From an uncultured virus (IMG/VR IMGVR_UViG_3300031787_000071) (Duplodnaviria > Heunggongvirae > Uroviricota > Caudoviricetes): a stretch of DNA of 64,000 nucleotides. Position 1 is the stretch's first letter. Every line of letters begins with the position of its first letter. Both the position numbers and the translations under genes were made by a program. The DNA lies in IMG/VR virus record IMGVR_UViG_3300031787_000071; one strand, given 5' to 3'. Under the pieces are notes generated by a model. That model did no database searches, was not told the DNA's origin, and saw nothing but the letters and a program-made list of their open reading frames with translations. Shown one piece after another: positions 9,822 through 19,761 of the stretch.

Positions 9822-10385
9822 TTAAGCATTCCATTTAGTTTTGTTGTAAAAAATATGTCTACCAATATAAGCTGTTCTTCTCATATTAGGCCATCCAGGT
9901 GAAACATAATCTGCATGGTAGAAAAGAGCACCTTTAGTTGGGTCATTCATCTTATCATGATTCAAATAAAAGTTTAAAGACAAGTCAACAATACTATTAT
10001 ACAACGAATTGTTGCGTGTTGTCAAGCCATTATTCTTCAATATCGCCAGAGGTTTATCTTCACAATACCAAGAAAATTGGCAAACAACATATCTTTCGAA
10101 ATATGTTTTCTGTTTAACTACATCGCAATATGTATTGGGAAAACGTCCACTTTTCATTCTATTCAAAGTGACAAAAGCTACTGCAATTTGACCTTCAGTG
10201 GGTTCGTGTGCAGATTCAAAGTAAATGTTTTGCGCTAAACATTCTACTTGTTTTCTTGCATCCATACTTAAATCACTAAATTTTACATTTAGTTTTGTAG
10301 GTATCGGTATTTGCGAAAAAGCAAATGCAAAGAAACCTAAGAATATAGCAAATAATATACTTGATAATACGGTTAATAAACGCAT
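9822..10385 (-). CDS. SleB-like cell wall hydrolase (Hydrolase_2)
   Basis: CLAQNIYFES, VAFVTLNR, CQFSW, DPTKGALFYHADYV, IGRHIFY; N-terminal signal/TM. Confidence 0.92.
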   Translation of the reverse strand: MRLLTVLSSILFAIFLGFFAFAFSQIPIPTKLNVKFSDLSMDARKQVECLAQNIYFESAHEPTEGQIAVAFVTLNRMKSGRFPNTYCDVVKQKTYFERYVVCQFSWYCEDKPLAILKNNGLTTRNNSLYNSIVDLSLNFYLNHDKMNDPTKGALFYHADYVSPGWPNMRRTAYIGRHIFYNKTKWNA

Positions 10386-10432
10386 ATTTTCTCCTTGTTA
10401 GTTAGAGATGTGCCGAAGCACATCTGGTCCCG

Positions 10433-10705
10433 TCAGGCAGACTTTTTGCTCTGTGTCTTTTCTGCTGTGATGTTAGAAACGAACCCATTCAAAGACTGAG
10501 CTTTGTTTATGATATCGTTTTCTGTGGGATAGTTGGGATATGGTGGATGATCAGGTATTGGTTGTCCGTTTAGTTTAGCGGACTCTACCTTCATATGCCA
10601 CTCATTTGATAGACGCTCTTTGTTAGAATGATATTCTTCTAGCAAAAGTCCTTGCGCCATTTTTAAAAGTTCAAGACGAATCTCAAACGGTGTAAGATTA
10701 CTCAT
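10433..10705 (-). CDS. Conserved phage hypothetical protein
   Basis: PFEIRLELLKMA...YPT..II.KA..LN.FVS; AGGAG RBS; CTAAATA late-type promoter near 10751. Confidence 0.75.
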   Translation of the reverse strand: MSNLTPFEIRLELLKMAQGLLLEEYHSNKERLSNEWHMKVESAKLNGQPIPDHPPYPNYPTENDIINKAQSLNGFVSNITAEKTQSKKSA

Positions 10706-10827
10706 TTACTTCTCCTGTGTGTTGTGTGTATATCGGCGAACCGATATATCTATTTAGTGTTTTTATTGCTTAAAGTGGTGGTTTTTCGGAACAAGTCCGG
10801 GTGATGCCACCAAACCCACTATTTCAA

Positions 10828-10899
10828 TTAACGATTTGCGATATACATCGTGATTTCGAAACCAAAACGCATATCTTGTGCAGTAGGTTTAGTCCACAT
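10828..10899 (-). CDS. pqqA: Pyrroloquinoline quinone precursor peptide PqqA
   Basis: Own translation MWTKPTAQDMRFGFEITMYIANR*. W-x-x-P leader and GFE-x-T-x-Y core (ExxxY); AGGAG RBS. Confidence 0.95.
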   Translation of the reverse strand: MWTKPTAQDMRFGFEITMYIANR

Positions 10900-11010
10900 A
10901 TTTCTCTCCTTTTAATATAGTGACAGTATTAGCTGTCTGTTTATGTATTGAAAAACTCATAAAAAAGTTCTACTGATAATCATTAAAAATCTATGAATAT
11001 GAATTTACTT

Positions 11011-11316
11011 TCACATACCAAAGGTTATAGCGGGAAATTCAGCTTCTCCGAATCGATTCTCAATCAACTCAACTAAAGAATTCATACATTCTTCCTCATC
11101 TTCACCATTTATATTTAAAATTAAAACACTGTTCGAGTAAAGAAAACTACTTGCAGATAATAACATTAATTCAATTATTGATTTGCCATTTGCAGTCTTT
11201 TCTCCATGAGTTACGACTATCTCACTTTTATAGTTTAATGAAGTCTCAACAAATTTTAATGCCGCTCTAGCATGAAGTCCTAATTCATTTATAAGTTTAA
11301 TTTCTTTAGTAATCAT
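11011..11316 (-). CDS. ptsH: HPr/NPr-family PTS phosphocarrier
   Basis: NELGLHARAA (phospho-His), NGKSI (regulatory Ser), GEDE...RFGE. Start moved to MITKE because the longer ORF overlaps the tmRNA. Confidence 0.9.
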   Translation of the reverse strand: MITKEIKLINELGLHARAALKFVETSLNYKSEIVVTHGEKTANGKSIIELMLLSASSFLYSNSVLILNINGEDEEECMNSLVELIENRFGEAEFPAITFGM

Positions 11317-11340
11317 TTTTTTTCTTCTTTTTATAATTGA

Positions 11341-11657
<317 letters not shown>

Positions 11658-11694
11658 CTCACATTATTACATAATATAGATTATTTGTCAAGCT

Positions 11695-12033
11695 TTATCT
11701 ACTATAAGGTTTTAATTGTTGCCCTATAGTAACTACACACAAAATATTTTCTGTATGTTTTTCTACCAAAGTCCAAGTTCCAGTATTTGGATTTACAAAT
11801 AGAATTGTTGGATAAGAATTAATCGATTCTTCTGTACCGTCATTTATTTTTCTATGAGATATCATATGTAACAAAGGTTTCTCACCATATTCATCCAAAG
11901 AAGAATAAATTACTTTATCTTCGGTGCAAATTATCTTAGTTTGTATCAGATCAAATTCTTGTTGTTCAACATTCGTATTATTACCAATTGCCATTACTGG
12001 AAATAGCAGTAACGGTAGAAGAAATTTTTTCAT
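11695..12033 (-). CDS. Hypothetical exported protein
   Basis: Signal peptide MKKFLLPLLLFPVMA; start reassigned. Confidence 0.65.
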   Translation of the reverse strand: MKKFLLPLLLFPVMAIGNNTNVEQQEFDLIQTKIICTEDKVIYSSLDEYGEKPLLHMISHRKINDGTEESINSYPTILFVNPNTGTWTLVEKHTENILCVVTIGQQLKPYSR

Positions 12034-12700
12034 TTGTCCAATACCTTTCGATATAAGATTGGAGTTCTTCCAGGTATTTAGACTTTTCTCTGATGAAAAT
12101 CTGAGGTGTTCCTTCTTCATTTGCAATCGCCACTACTATCTGTTCTACAGGTATACCAGTTCTTTCTTCGAACATCACCGCATAAGCGGTACACTGAACA
12201 AAATAATTCTGAATCCATTCTTCTTTTTTCTCTTTTCTAGAATTTTTATAGTCAATTATTGATACTTTGTCATTCCATAGGGCAACACAATCTGTTCTAC
12301 CTGCCAGTTTTAATACATCACTGTAAAGTGGTAATTCTAGACCAAAAACATCTCCAACATTCTGGTCTATGTGTGGCCTTAATTGCATGAAGAAGTCTTT
12401 TATATCAGGCATCATCATGCGAATTTTAAAATCTGTTAATTCATTCAGTAAATACTTCTCACACATTTCGTGTAATTTTGTACCCCTATCGGAAGATTTT
12501 TTAGTTATTCTATTGGCTTCTTTTTCGCCGACTCTTTGACGCCATTCGTCCAAATGTTTTTTATCGGTAGAATGGGATAGAATAGTGGTAATTGAAGGGT
12601 AGAGATTTCCTCCCGGTGTCTTATACACTCTACCCTTCTCTGTAGTTGTGGATTCTAATTCATAATCTAATCCATCTATTTTCACATGATTAAAATTCAT
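11981..12700 (-). CDS. PD-(D/E)XK exonuclease (RecB/Cas4-like, T4-like phage type)
   Basis: YPSITTIL, RGTKLH, AGRTD, IIDYKNS, YFVQCTAYA. Confidence 0.9.
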   Translation of the reverse strand: MNFNHVKIDGLDYELESTTTEKGRVYKTPGGNLYPSITTILSHSTDKKHLDEWRQRVGEKEANRITKKSSDRGTKLHEMCEKYLLNELTDFKIRMMMPDIKDFFMQLRPHIDQNVGDVFGLELPLYSDVLKLAGRTDCVALWNDKVSIIDYKNSRKEKKEEWIQNYFVQCTAYAVMFEERTGIPVEQIVVAIANEEGTPQIFIREKSKYLEELQSYIERYWTNEKISSTVTAISSNGNW

Positions 12701-12923
12701 TAAACTTTATGTTAATACAAACTTTCCTATGTTAGTGTTGTTTATTAATTGTATTTCCTGTCTATCGGAAAACCATCTTTCAAGATCATCAAGTAATTCC
12801 CTTCTCCCTAAGTTACCTCTAATATGTTGCCTTAAAATAGGTATTTTAGTGCGAGTGTCCTTTCTTTTTGCCATAGTCTCTCCTTTACAAAAGAAAGTTA
12901 GCATAATATAGAACCTTCTCAAA

Positions 12924-13220
12924 TTATTTGTTTTTCCATTTTTCTACAATCTGATCCGTCTTAACTTGTTTAATTGATCTTCTACCATGTTGTCTACCCA
13001 CTTTACTATTTGGATGAGCTTCTGCGACTTTGGATAAAACTTCTTTCCAAGTATCGTCAGTTTTCGAATGAATATCGCCGACCATACTGGATATACCAAA
13101 TGTGGTCAGCACCTGTCTAATGTGGGAATTTTTTTCGAGGAGTTCTTCTTTGGATGATATACTTAAGAAATCATCAAATTCTTCTCCAGTTTCAGTATTC
13201 AAGAATCTATATGTTGGCAT
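12924..13220 (-). CDS. FmdB-like small protein common in T4-like phages
   Basis: MPTYRF..TETGE; WKEVLSKV.EAHP. Confidence 0.7.
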   Translation of the reverse strand: MPTYRFLNTETGEEFDDFLSISSKEELLEKNSHIRQVLTTFGISSMVGDIHSKTDDTWKEVLSKVAEAHPNSKVGRQHGRRSIKQVKTDQIVEKWKNK

Positions 13221-13767
13221 TATTATCTACTGCATCGATGTACCAAATGGGAGGTTGTCTCTTAGTCCATTTAGCGAAATGATTTTTCTTTTCCAAATAA
13301 TATTTATGATACGATGCTAAAGAATTACCGGCAATCTTACATTCATCAGGCATCGCTGGTGTCGGATCGGTAAAAAAACCAACTTTAATATTTTTTGGAA
13401 TCGCACTTAATACTGTATATAGTCTGGCGCAGGCATGTATTTTTCCATAACGATATGTATATTCATCAAGTAAATGTTTCCACATATTGTACAACCAAAT
13501 ATAGTTTAAATCTGAGGTGCGAGCCCAAACAGCCGATGGATGATTGATGTGTGAAGCTTTCATCAACGTCACTTCACGATCATCATTCAATCGCCATCGT
13601 TTAATCTTACGGTTATTCGCAGTCAAATCATAATATTCTTGTCCGTCTAAAACACGATGCGCCGTTGACATAAGTTGTGCATACTCAATAATCATTTTCA
13701 CCACATGTTTATCGAGGTGCATTTCTGCACATTCTTTAGGGTTTTTGCTGAGATAAAAGATATTCAT
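13207..13767 (-). CDS. Pyrimidine-dimer DNA glycosylase / DenV-like protein
   Basis: MNIFYL, DKHVVKMIIEYAQL, HINHPSAVW, EYTYRYGKIH, PAMPD. Confidence 0.85.
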   Translation of the reverse strand: MNIFYLSKNPKECAEMHLDKHVVKMIIEYAQLMSTAHRVLDGQEYYDLTANNRKIKRWRLNDDREVTLMKASHINHPSAVWARTSDLNYIWLYNMWKHLLDEYTYRYGKIHACARLYTVLSAIPKNIKVGFFTDPTPAMPDECKIAGNSLASYHKYYLEKKNHFAKWTKRQPPIWYIDAVDNNANI

Positions 13768-13990
13768 TTTGTTTTTTTAATTCATAATATTCACGGGTAA
13801 ACGCTTCAAACAATTCGAAACACTTTTCACCTCGCATTTGAATTATATGTTTTAAACCCACCAGTGTATTAGCAATATCATCACTTGAAGGATCTTTTTC
13901 CATTACATTTTCATAGAGCAATTGAATATCTTCATCCATTCCCCACAAACGAATGATAGCTTGTTCTAAATCAAATTGTGTCATTACCAA
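13736..13990 (-). CDS. Hypothetical protein
   Basis: ORF in operon. Confidence 0.6.
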   Translation of the reverse strand: MVMTQFDLEQAIIRLWGMDEDIQLLYENVMEKDPSSDDIANTLVGLKHIIQMRGEKCFELFEAFTREYYELKKQNEYLLSQQKP

Positions 13991-14260
13991 CTCCCGTCAC
14001 TAATGTAAAAGTTTATATGTAAAAATAAAAAAGAAACAATGAAGGTATAATCATCCCAAGGATCTACTTGTTTATAGAACCTTGGAATATAATACCAATG
14101 AAGTGGATTTATGGGTATACTGATGGTAATACCACTATGTGTAAGATATTTTAGAATTTTTAACATCATAATTTTAGTAATGGTGGGGGCACGGCGAGTA
14201 TCTCCCGATAGTCTGTTGTTGTTTAAAAGTAGGCAGTCGTGCCACTTCCCCATAACTTAA

Positions 14261-14812
14261 TTAGTCAACGATACTGTCACGAATTTCATTAACGATATCA
14301 TTTACTTCAGAATCGAACCCATCATTCATAATTTCCTCAACAACAGGAACATCAAACTGAGTTTGAACTGGCGTAGAGTTCAAATCTTTTAGTTTAGTAA
14401 CAGTGGCTCCTCTGAATTTGACTGTTTTAACCTTAGGTGTTTTAGCTTTCACCGCTTTTGCTTTTGCAACAGGTTTAGCTGCGGCTTTTGCACCACCACG
14501 GGTGATTTTTTGTGATTGACCAGGTACAAAATTCGCAGCGGTCACGCCAGCGGATTTCATATACTGTTTCACTTCGCTTACGTTAGTGATTTGGTAAGCA
14601 GTCACTTTACGGCCATCTTTGATAGCCTTAACTACACCATTAGCAAAGGTTTTGATATGCCAAATGTATGTCGAAAGACGATACATATGAATTTCATCAC
14701 CTAGAGTCGATTCGATTTCTTCAATCGTTACAGGCTTACCACTCACCATAACGGTAAGAAGTTTTTCGAAAGGTTTAAGTTTAACAGATTTTACAGTTTT
14801 AGTTTTTGCCAT
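14261..14812 (-). CDS. Lys/Ala-rich putative DNA-binding protein
   Basis: Winged-helix-like N-terminal half plus histone-like KA-rich linker; own promoter at 14847-14875. Confidence 0.6.
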   Translation of the reverse strand: MAKTKTVKSVKLKPFEKLLTVMVSGKPVTIEEIESTLGDEIHMYRLSTYIWHIKTFANGVVKAIKDGRKVTAYQITNVSEVKQYMKSAGVTAANFVPGQSQKITRGGAKAAAKPVAKAKAVKAKTPKVKTVKFRGATVTKLKDLNSTPVQTQFDVPVVEEIMNDGFDSEVNDIVNEIRDSIVD

Positions 14813-14897
14813 AATAAATTACTCCTATTTCATTTAATGAGATTATAGTATACCACAACTTACACTATTTGGCAAGCGATATGTGGATGTTTGCCGA

Positions 14898-15296
14898 TTA
14901 AGAAACATAATCCTCGGAACAGAATTCGGCAAATTCTGACCAGGAACCACTAAAAAGAATATTATTATCTTTACTACATCCGGAATAAACAATAACTTTA
15001 TCCTCAAAAACATGATATTCATATTCTTGCCAAGAATCTTGATTTAGGTCGGTGTGATACAAATAAAATCCACCAACACCATCTTTAAATGCGGCTACCA
15101 TTTGTGCAGCTAAACAACCCATACCATTAAAAAGTTTTCCTTTTGCACCGGAAGGAATTCCATTTACGAGTTTGCCGTCAAATAAAAATTCAGCAAGTTC
15201 TTGTCCGTGACCTGAAGGATAACCATCATATTGACGATACATACAAACTACGGGAGTTTTAACATCATAAACATATGTAAGTGAACGAGTACCCAT
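14898..15296 (-). CDS. Conserved phage hypothetical protein
   Basis: MGTR...YRQYDGYP.GHG...NGMGCLAAQ. Confidence 0.7.
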   Translation of the reverse strand: MGTRSLTYVYDVKTPVVCMYRQYDGYPSGHGQELAEFLFDGKLVNGIPSGAKGKLFNGMGCLAAQMVAAFKDGVGGFYLYHTDLNQDSWQEYEYHVFEDKVIVYSGCSKDNNILFSGSWSEFAEFCSEDYVS

Positions 15297-15681
15297 TAGT
15301 TATATCCTTTTTCATAATTTTCAATATCAAGCATATCAGCTTCGAGAATCGCATCTTGATAATTGTTTGCACCGAGCTGAATCACTTCACCTTCAGAATA
15401 ACAAGCAACATAACATTCTGAAACGGAATCATATTCCACACTAAGTAGAAAATTCATTTTAGTATTCCTCTCCATAATAACCATAATCTTCATCAGTGCC
15501 AAATCCAGCAGATGCCATGGCAGAATCAAAATCGCCGTCCATGGAATCATCAAACTGTTTCATCATTTCTTCATAAATGAGTTCAACATCACCAACGGGA
15601 ACATTATACTTTTCAGCAATTTGTGCCCAAGTCAATTCTCCAAAAGAAAGTTCTTCTTCAATCATAATGACGATATTCATA

Positions 15682-16431
15682 TTAAGCAGCCTTCAACATA
15701 ATTTTAGGATATTTCACAAAGCCAGTCGTATCTTTTTTGGCTTTACCTTTTGCATATAAACCAACCACAACACCTTTTGGGTCAATGAATCGTAGGTCGC
15801 TATCATCTCCGTTATACACAGGACGACCCATATACTCATCAGGCATTGTTTCCGTTTTCTTCAACCCGAATACTACAGCCACATTATAGCCTTGTTCGAT
15901 AGCTTTTACTACGTCAGCATCATTACCATCAGCAGCAGAAAACGTCAAATGGTAATTTTCGATATTTTTTATTTTACGGCCAAGAATCTTGGTGTAATCA
16001 TAAAATTGGACTTCAGGAAAAGCCGCAAAAATATTGCGATATAGTTTACCCGAACGAACTACCTCATATTTTTCCCACGCAAGGTCGCTAGTACCATTCA
16101 AGCGGAATACAGGAATCAAATTAAGTTTAACCGATTGTTTAATGGCTTTTTCGATATCTTTCACTAACCACTCAAAGAATCCGTTACGCTCTTCGAAAAA
16201 GAATTGGGTTTTGCGAATTCGAGCTTGTTGAATAACATTAGTCGTTTCGCCTTTTTTGAACATACCGCCTCGACCAGCCGTATTCAAACAAGCAGCTGTG
16301 CAACCAGCAGTACGTTTTGGACATGTTTCATATCCGCTAATATTTGCAGGTGCCAAATGAAGAATATAGGTATTATAACCTTGTTTCATTCCTTTTAACA
16401 CTTTGGGATTGCCAGTAGAAAGAAGTTTCAT
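15682..16431 (-). CDS. Gp88-like Cys-motif (Fe-S-like) protein
   Basis: CP....GC...CL, RLNGTSD, FYDYTK, NYHLTFS, GDDSDLRF.D. Confidence 0.75.
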   Translation of the reverse strand: MKLLSTGNPKVLKGMKQGYNTYILHLAPANISGYETCPKRTAGCTAACLNTAGRGGMFKKGETTNVIQQARIRKTQFFFEERNGFFEWLVKDIEKAIKQSVKLNLIPVFRLNGTSDLAWEKYEVVRSGKLYRNIFAAFPEVQFYDYTKILGRKIKNIENYHLTFSAADGNDADVVKAIEQGYNVAVVFGLKKTETMPDEYMGRPVYNGDDSDLRFIDPKGVVVGLYAKGKAKKDTTGFVKYPKIMLKAA

Positions 16432-16525
16432 AATTTATATCTCAATCATCAACTCAACAGGATCAATTATACAGGAACCGCAAAGGAAGGCAAGCATTAT
16501 TTTTGTTATCAAAATAGAAATGTTA

Positions 16526-16879
16526 TCATCTTCGCATGGCCGCCTGGTCTTTGGCTTCTTCATCCGTGAACACAGGAACCGCATTGGACTTGTGGAGGGT
16601 GCCAATACCTTTCATCGCTGTACCAGTGTACGTGGTCACCTTATCCTTGCGATTCCAGTTCGCCAGACCGCCTCCAGAATCGACCGATTTTATATCGTAG
16701 GGATTACGACCTTCAGGAATTGTCAATTTTGGAAACTTTGTCGATTTGACAATTTTCTTTTTGACAACTACTGGTTTTGCATGTTTATTAACTATTTTGT
16801 TCCAAGAATCTTGAAGCTCACGCTCTTTCGCGGTGAGCTTCTTCTTTTTCTTGGAAGTTTGATTTGTGTAGATTATCAT
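16526..16879 (-). CDS. Conserved T4-like hypothetical protein
   Basis: YTG..MKGIGTLHKSNAVPVF...A.MRR. Confidence 0.75.
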   Translation of the reverse strand: MIIYTNQTSKKKKKLTAKERELQDSWNKIVNKHAKPVVVKKKIVKSTKFPKLTIPEGRNPYDIKSVDSGGGLANWNRKDKVTTYTGTAMKGIGTLHKSNAVPVFTDEEAKDQAAMRR

Positions 16880-17069
16880 TAACAGACAGGATCTTGCACT
16901 TCAATTTCAGAAATTAATTTATCTTGGAGCGCAAAAGTCAAATAATCCACCAATCGATATGCATTTTCAGAATCAACAACAAGTTCAGCAAGGAGTTTTA
17001 ATTGTGCAGGTGTCATTTTTGCAATATTATCAGCAGCCGCAACAACAACAAAAGTATTCAAATTTCCCA

Positions 17070-17417
17070 TTATACAGCTCCAGTCCAACGAACACGATCA
17101 AAGGTTTTTTCAATTACATTGCCTCGAGCAAAATTTCGAGCAGGAGCATTCCACGAAGCAGCCATCAGAATATCGCCTTTTTTAAATTTAGCGTCATCTT
17201 TCAAGCAAATAAAAGAATGTACAGAACAACCGCCTTTTCGATCCTTAAAAACTTTGATATATTTCGAACCGACACTAAAAGTCAAACCATCACAAAAATC
17301 TTGGTACATTTCTTCCTGAATAACGTCACCAGGTGTTACCATAGTCAAATAGTCAGCTTTGATAGCTTCCAGATACAAGTCTAAATTCGTTATCATTTTC
17401 TTAACCTTATTAATCAC
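17070..17417 (-). CDS. Conserved early hypothetical protein
   Basis: GSKYIKV...SVHSFI...GDILMAASWNAPA. Confidence 0.7.
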   Translation of the reverse strand: MINKVKKMITNLDLYLEAIKADYLTMVTPGDVIQEEMYQDFCDGLTFSVGSKYIKVFKDRKGGCSVHSFICLKDDAKFKKGDILMAASWNAPARNFARGNVIEKTFDRVRWTGAV

Positions 17418-17453
17418 TCAACAGGTACAATTATACAGGAATAGGTAATATTG

Positions 17454-17876
17454 TCAAGCGGTTTGTTGTTGTTTTTCTGCAACAGCCTTAACATGTGAAC
17501 AAGTTCTACGATACCCGAACCCCGTACAGTTGCAATTATAGAAACTTCCTGGAATGTTATAAGAAACGTAATATTCTTTACCTTTTGACAAGACCTTGAA
17601 ATTACGTATATTTGCAGATTTGACAAGTTGCGGTTTTTGCAACTTTTCTTTTTGATAATCTTTTGGTATCAGATTAGATAGTTCTTTATTGACAACTTCG
17701 ATAAACTTTCGATAACGTTTATCAAAATTCCAACCATTTTTCAATTTGACAATATCACCGGTTTCGCCATTTGCAAAAGCGATAACTTTATTTTTTGGAC
17801 TTATCAAATAAGTATGGTTACAAACTTTGTAATCACACTCAGACCAGTCCGTGGTTTCTTTGAGAATTTTAAACAT
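17454..17876 (-). CDS. SWIM zinc-finger protein
   Basis: CNCTGFGYRRTCSH. Confidence 0.75.
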   Translation of the reverse strand: MFKILKETTDWSECDYKVCNHTYLISPKNKVIAFANGETGDIVKLKNGWNFDKRYRKFIEVVNKELSNLIPKDYQKEKLQKPQLVKSANIRNFKVLSKGKEYYVSYNIPGSFYNCNCTGFGYRRTCSHVKAVAEKQQQTA

Positions 17877-18256
17877 GCTTGAATTATCTCACAAATTCAA
17901 GACTTTGGCAATAGGTGTTGTATTTCTACAACATTATCCTTTTAACAACTGTTGTCCAGATTCTCTTTCCGATTCTTCAAATTCGGATAACTTTAATTTG
18001 TTTAATTGATCTTGGAGAATTTTTTTATCGCCTTGATAGTTAGCGATTCTTTCTTCCAATTCTTTTATCTGTTTCTCTAAAATTTCTCTATAAGACATAA
18101 CTATCTTTTTCCTCTTTCATTAAACGATAAAAACTTTTATCATGGTGCCTGTTTTTATCCTGTTTAGCCTTTTCACGATCTTGATTTTTTCTAAATTTAG
18201 TTTTTTCAGTTTTTTGATATTTTTGACCACCGTGAATCATTTCGTTTTTTTCCTCC

Positions 18257-18820
18257 TTAAAAAACATTATCAGCTATGCCAAGTTCTAAAAGTTCCTCTG
18301 TCGTAAACCAAACATCACTTGGTGGAATAAGTTTGGTTTTAATTGTACGAGTATCTAATCCCGTACATTTTTTTAACAGAGATAACATTCTTTGATTTAT
18401 CATATCGTTTTCTTTTGCAGCAGATTTTATATCATGATATTTACCATCAAATCCATTGGAAAATTGATGACACATAACAGATGAGGATTTACTGATATAT
18501 CTCTCACCTTTATGTCCTGATGCAAAAATTAAAAATGCTGACGAACAAACTGATCCTAATCCCACCGTTTTTATTTTTTTCTTAGATTTATTCATAATCT
18601 CAATCAAAGCGAAAGCATCTTCTAAACTTCCACCATTTGAATTGATATAAAGTATCAAGTCATTATTTTCTGGTATTAAGTTTTCGTATATAATCCACTT
18701 AATTGCTTCTAACGTATTGTTCTCATCAATATTGCCGGTTAAAAAATGTACGTGATTCTTTAACAGCGTTGAGTTGATCTCATCTGTTGGAGATAAAAAA
18801 TCAAGAATCTTTTCGGCCAT
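18257..18820 (-). CDS. clpP: ClpP-family protease subunit
   Basis: LYINSNGG, G..CSSA (catalytic Ser), MCHQ, D.WF..EE...LGIAD. Confidence 0.88.
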   Translation of the reverse strand: MAEKILDFLSPTDEINSTLLKNHVHFLTGNIDENNTLEAIKWIIYENLIPENNDLILYINSNGGSLEDAFALIEIMNKSKKKIKTVGLGSVCSSAFLIFASGHKGERYISKSSSVMCHQFSNGFDGKYHDIKSAAKENDMINQRMLSLLKKCTGLDTRTIKTKLIPPSDVWFTTEELLELGIADNVF

Positions 18821-19760
18821 TTTTTTCCCAATTATATGCAGTTTTTACAATAGATGAGATATCATGTTTAGGATCGTAGTTTAATATTTTTTTAGCTAAA
18901 TCAATGTTGGATACTAATTTTGGAGGATCACCAGCGCGCCTCTGGTGATATTGTTTGAATACTTTTTGATTTGTGTGTTTTTCGATTGCATCGATAACTT
19001 CTAATACGGAGTAACCTGTTCCTGTACCTAAATTTAAAACGTGAGACCTTTTCTCTGATAACAAATAATTGGCAGCATCAATATGCACCCTTGCAACATC
19101 AGATACATGCACATAGTCTCGAACGCATGTACCATCTTTTGTTTCATAGTCGGAACCATAAATTTCAAAGTTATTTAGATTTTGTAGAATTTTAGGAATT
19201 AGATGGGTTTCGGGTTCGTGATTCTCACCTATGTCACCATCTTCATCGGCACCAGCTAAATTAAAATAACGAAAAATTATATGATTCATACCCGACTGTT
19301 TTATAGCCAATTCCGATGCATATTTACTTCCTGCATAAGGATTATTCATAGGATTCAACTCATCATTTTCTAACAAAGGTTGATCTTTAGATTGATACAG
19401 TCCTGCTGTCGAAGAATAGATGATATTTTCACACTCATACTTTTCCATCACAAGTAATATTGTACAAGTTCCACCTGTATTTGTGTGGTAGTAATAGTTT
19501 GGTTTATTTACAGATTCACCGACTTCTATTTTACCGGCAAAATGAAATACGATATCAAACTTACCTTTTTTCCAAAAGAGATGGTTTACTTTTTCATAAT
19601 CACATACATCAATTTGTTCGAAATGATTGAAGTAATTATGTTTCGGTTTTTTTATATCAAGTATAGTAATATTCCAGTTTTCTTGTTTCAACATTTTGCA
19701 AACATGAGATCCAAGATAACCTGAACCTCCAGTAACAAGAACTTTTGGTCTGAAAAACAT
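18801..19760 (-). CDS. galE: UDP-glucose 4-epimerase
   Basis: VTGGSGYLGSH, VGESV, YAGSK, RYFNLAGA, DGTCVRDYVHV. Confidence 0.92.
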   Translation of the reverse strand: MFFRPKVLVTGGSGYLGSHVCKMLKQENWNITILDIKKPKHNYFNHFEQIDVCDYEKVNHLFWKKGKFDIVFHFAGKIEVGESVNKPNYYYHTNTGGTCTILLVMEKYECENIIYSSTAGLYQSKDQPLLENDELNPMNNPYAGSKYASELAIKQSGMNHIIFRYFNLAGADEDGDIGENHEPETHLIPKILQNLNNFEIYGSDYETKDGTCVRDYVHVSDVARVHIDAANYLLSEKRSHVLNLGTGTGYSVLEVIDAIEKHTNQKVFKQYHQRRAGDPPKLVSNIDLAKKILNYDPKHDISSIVKTAYNWEKNGRKDS

Positions 19761-19761
19761 A

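Noticed and set aside
10770..10822. Small structured element after pqqA as a possible ribozyme
   Set aside because: No hammerhead or twister core motifs; more simply a 3' stabilising hairpin.
11981..12700. Cas4-like nuclease as evidence of a CRISPR system
   Set aside because: This is a routine stand-alone exonuclease of T4-like phages; no array or other cas genes were seen.
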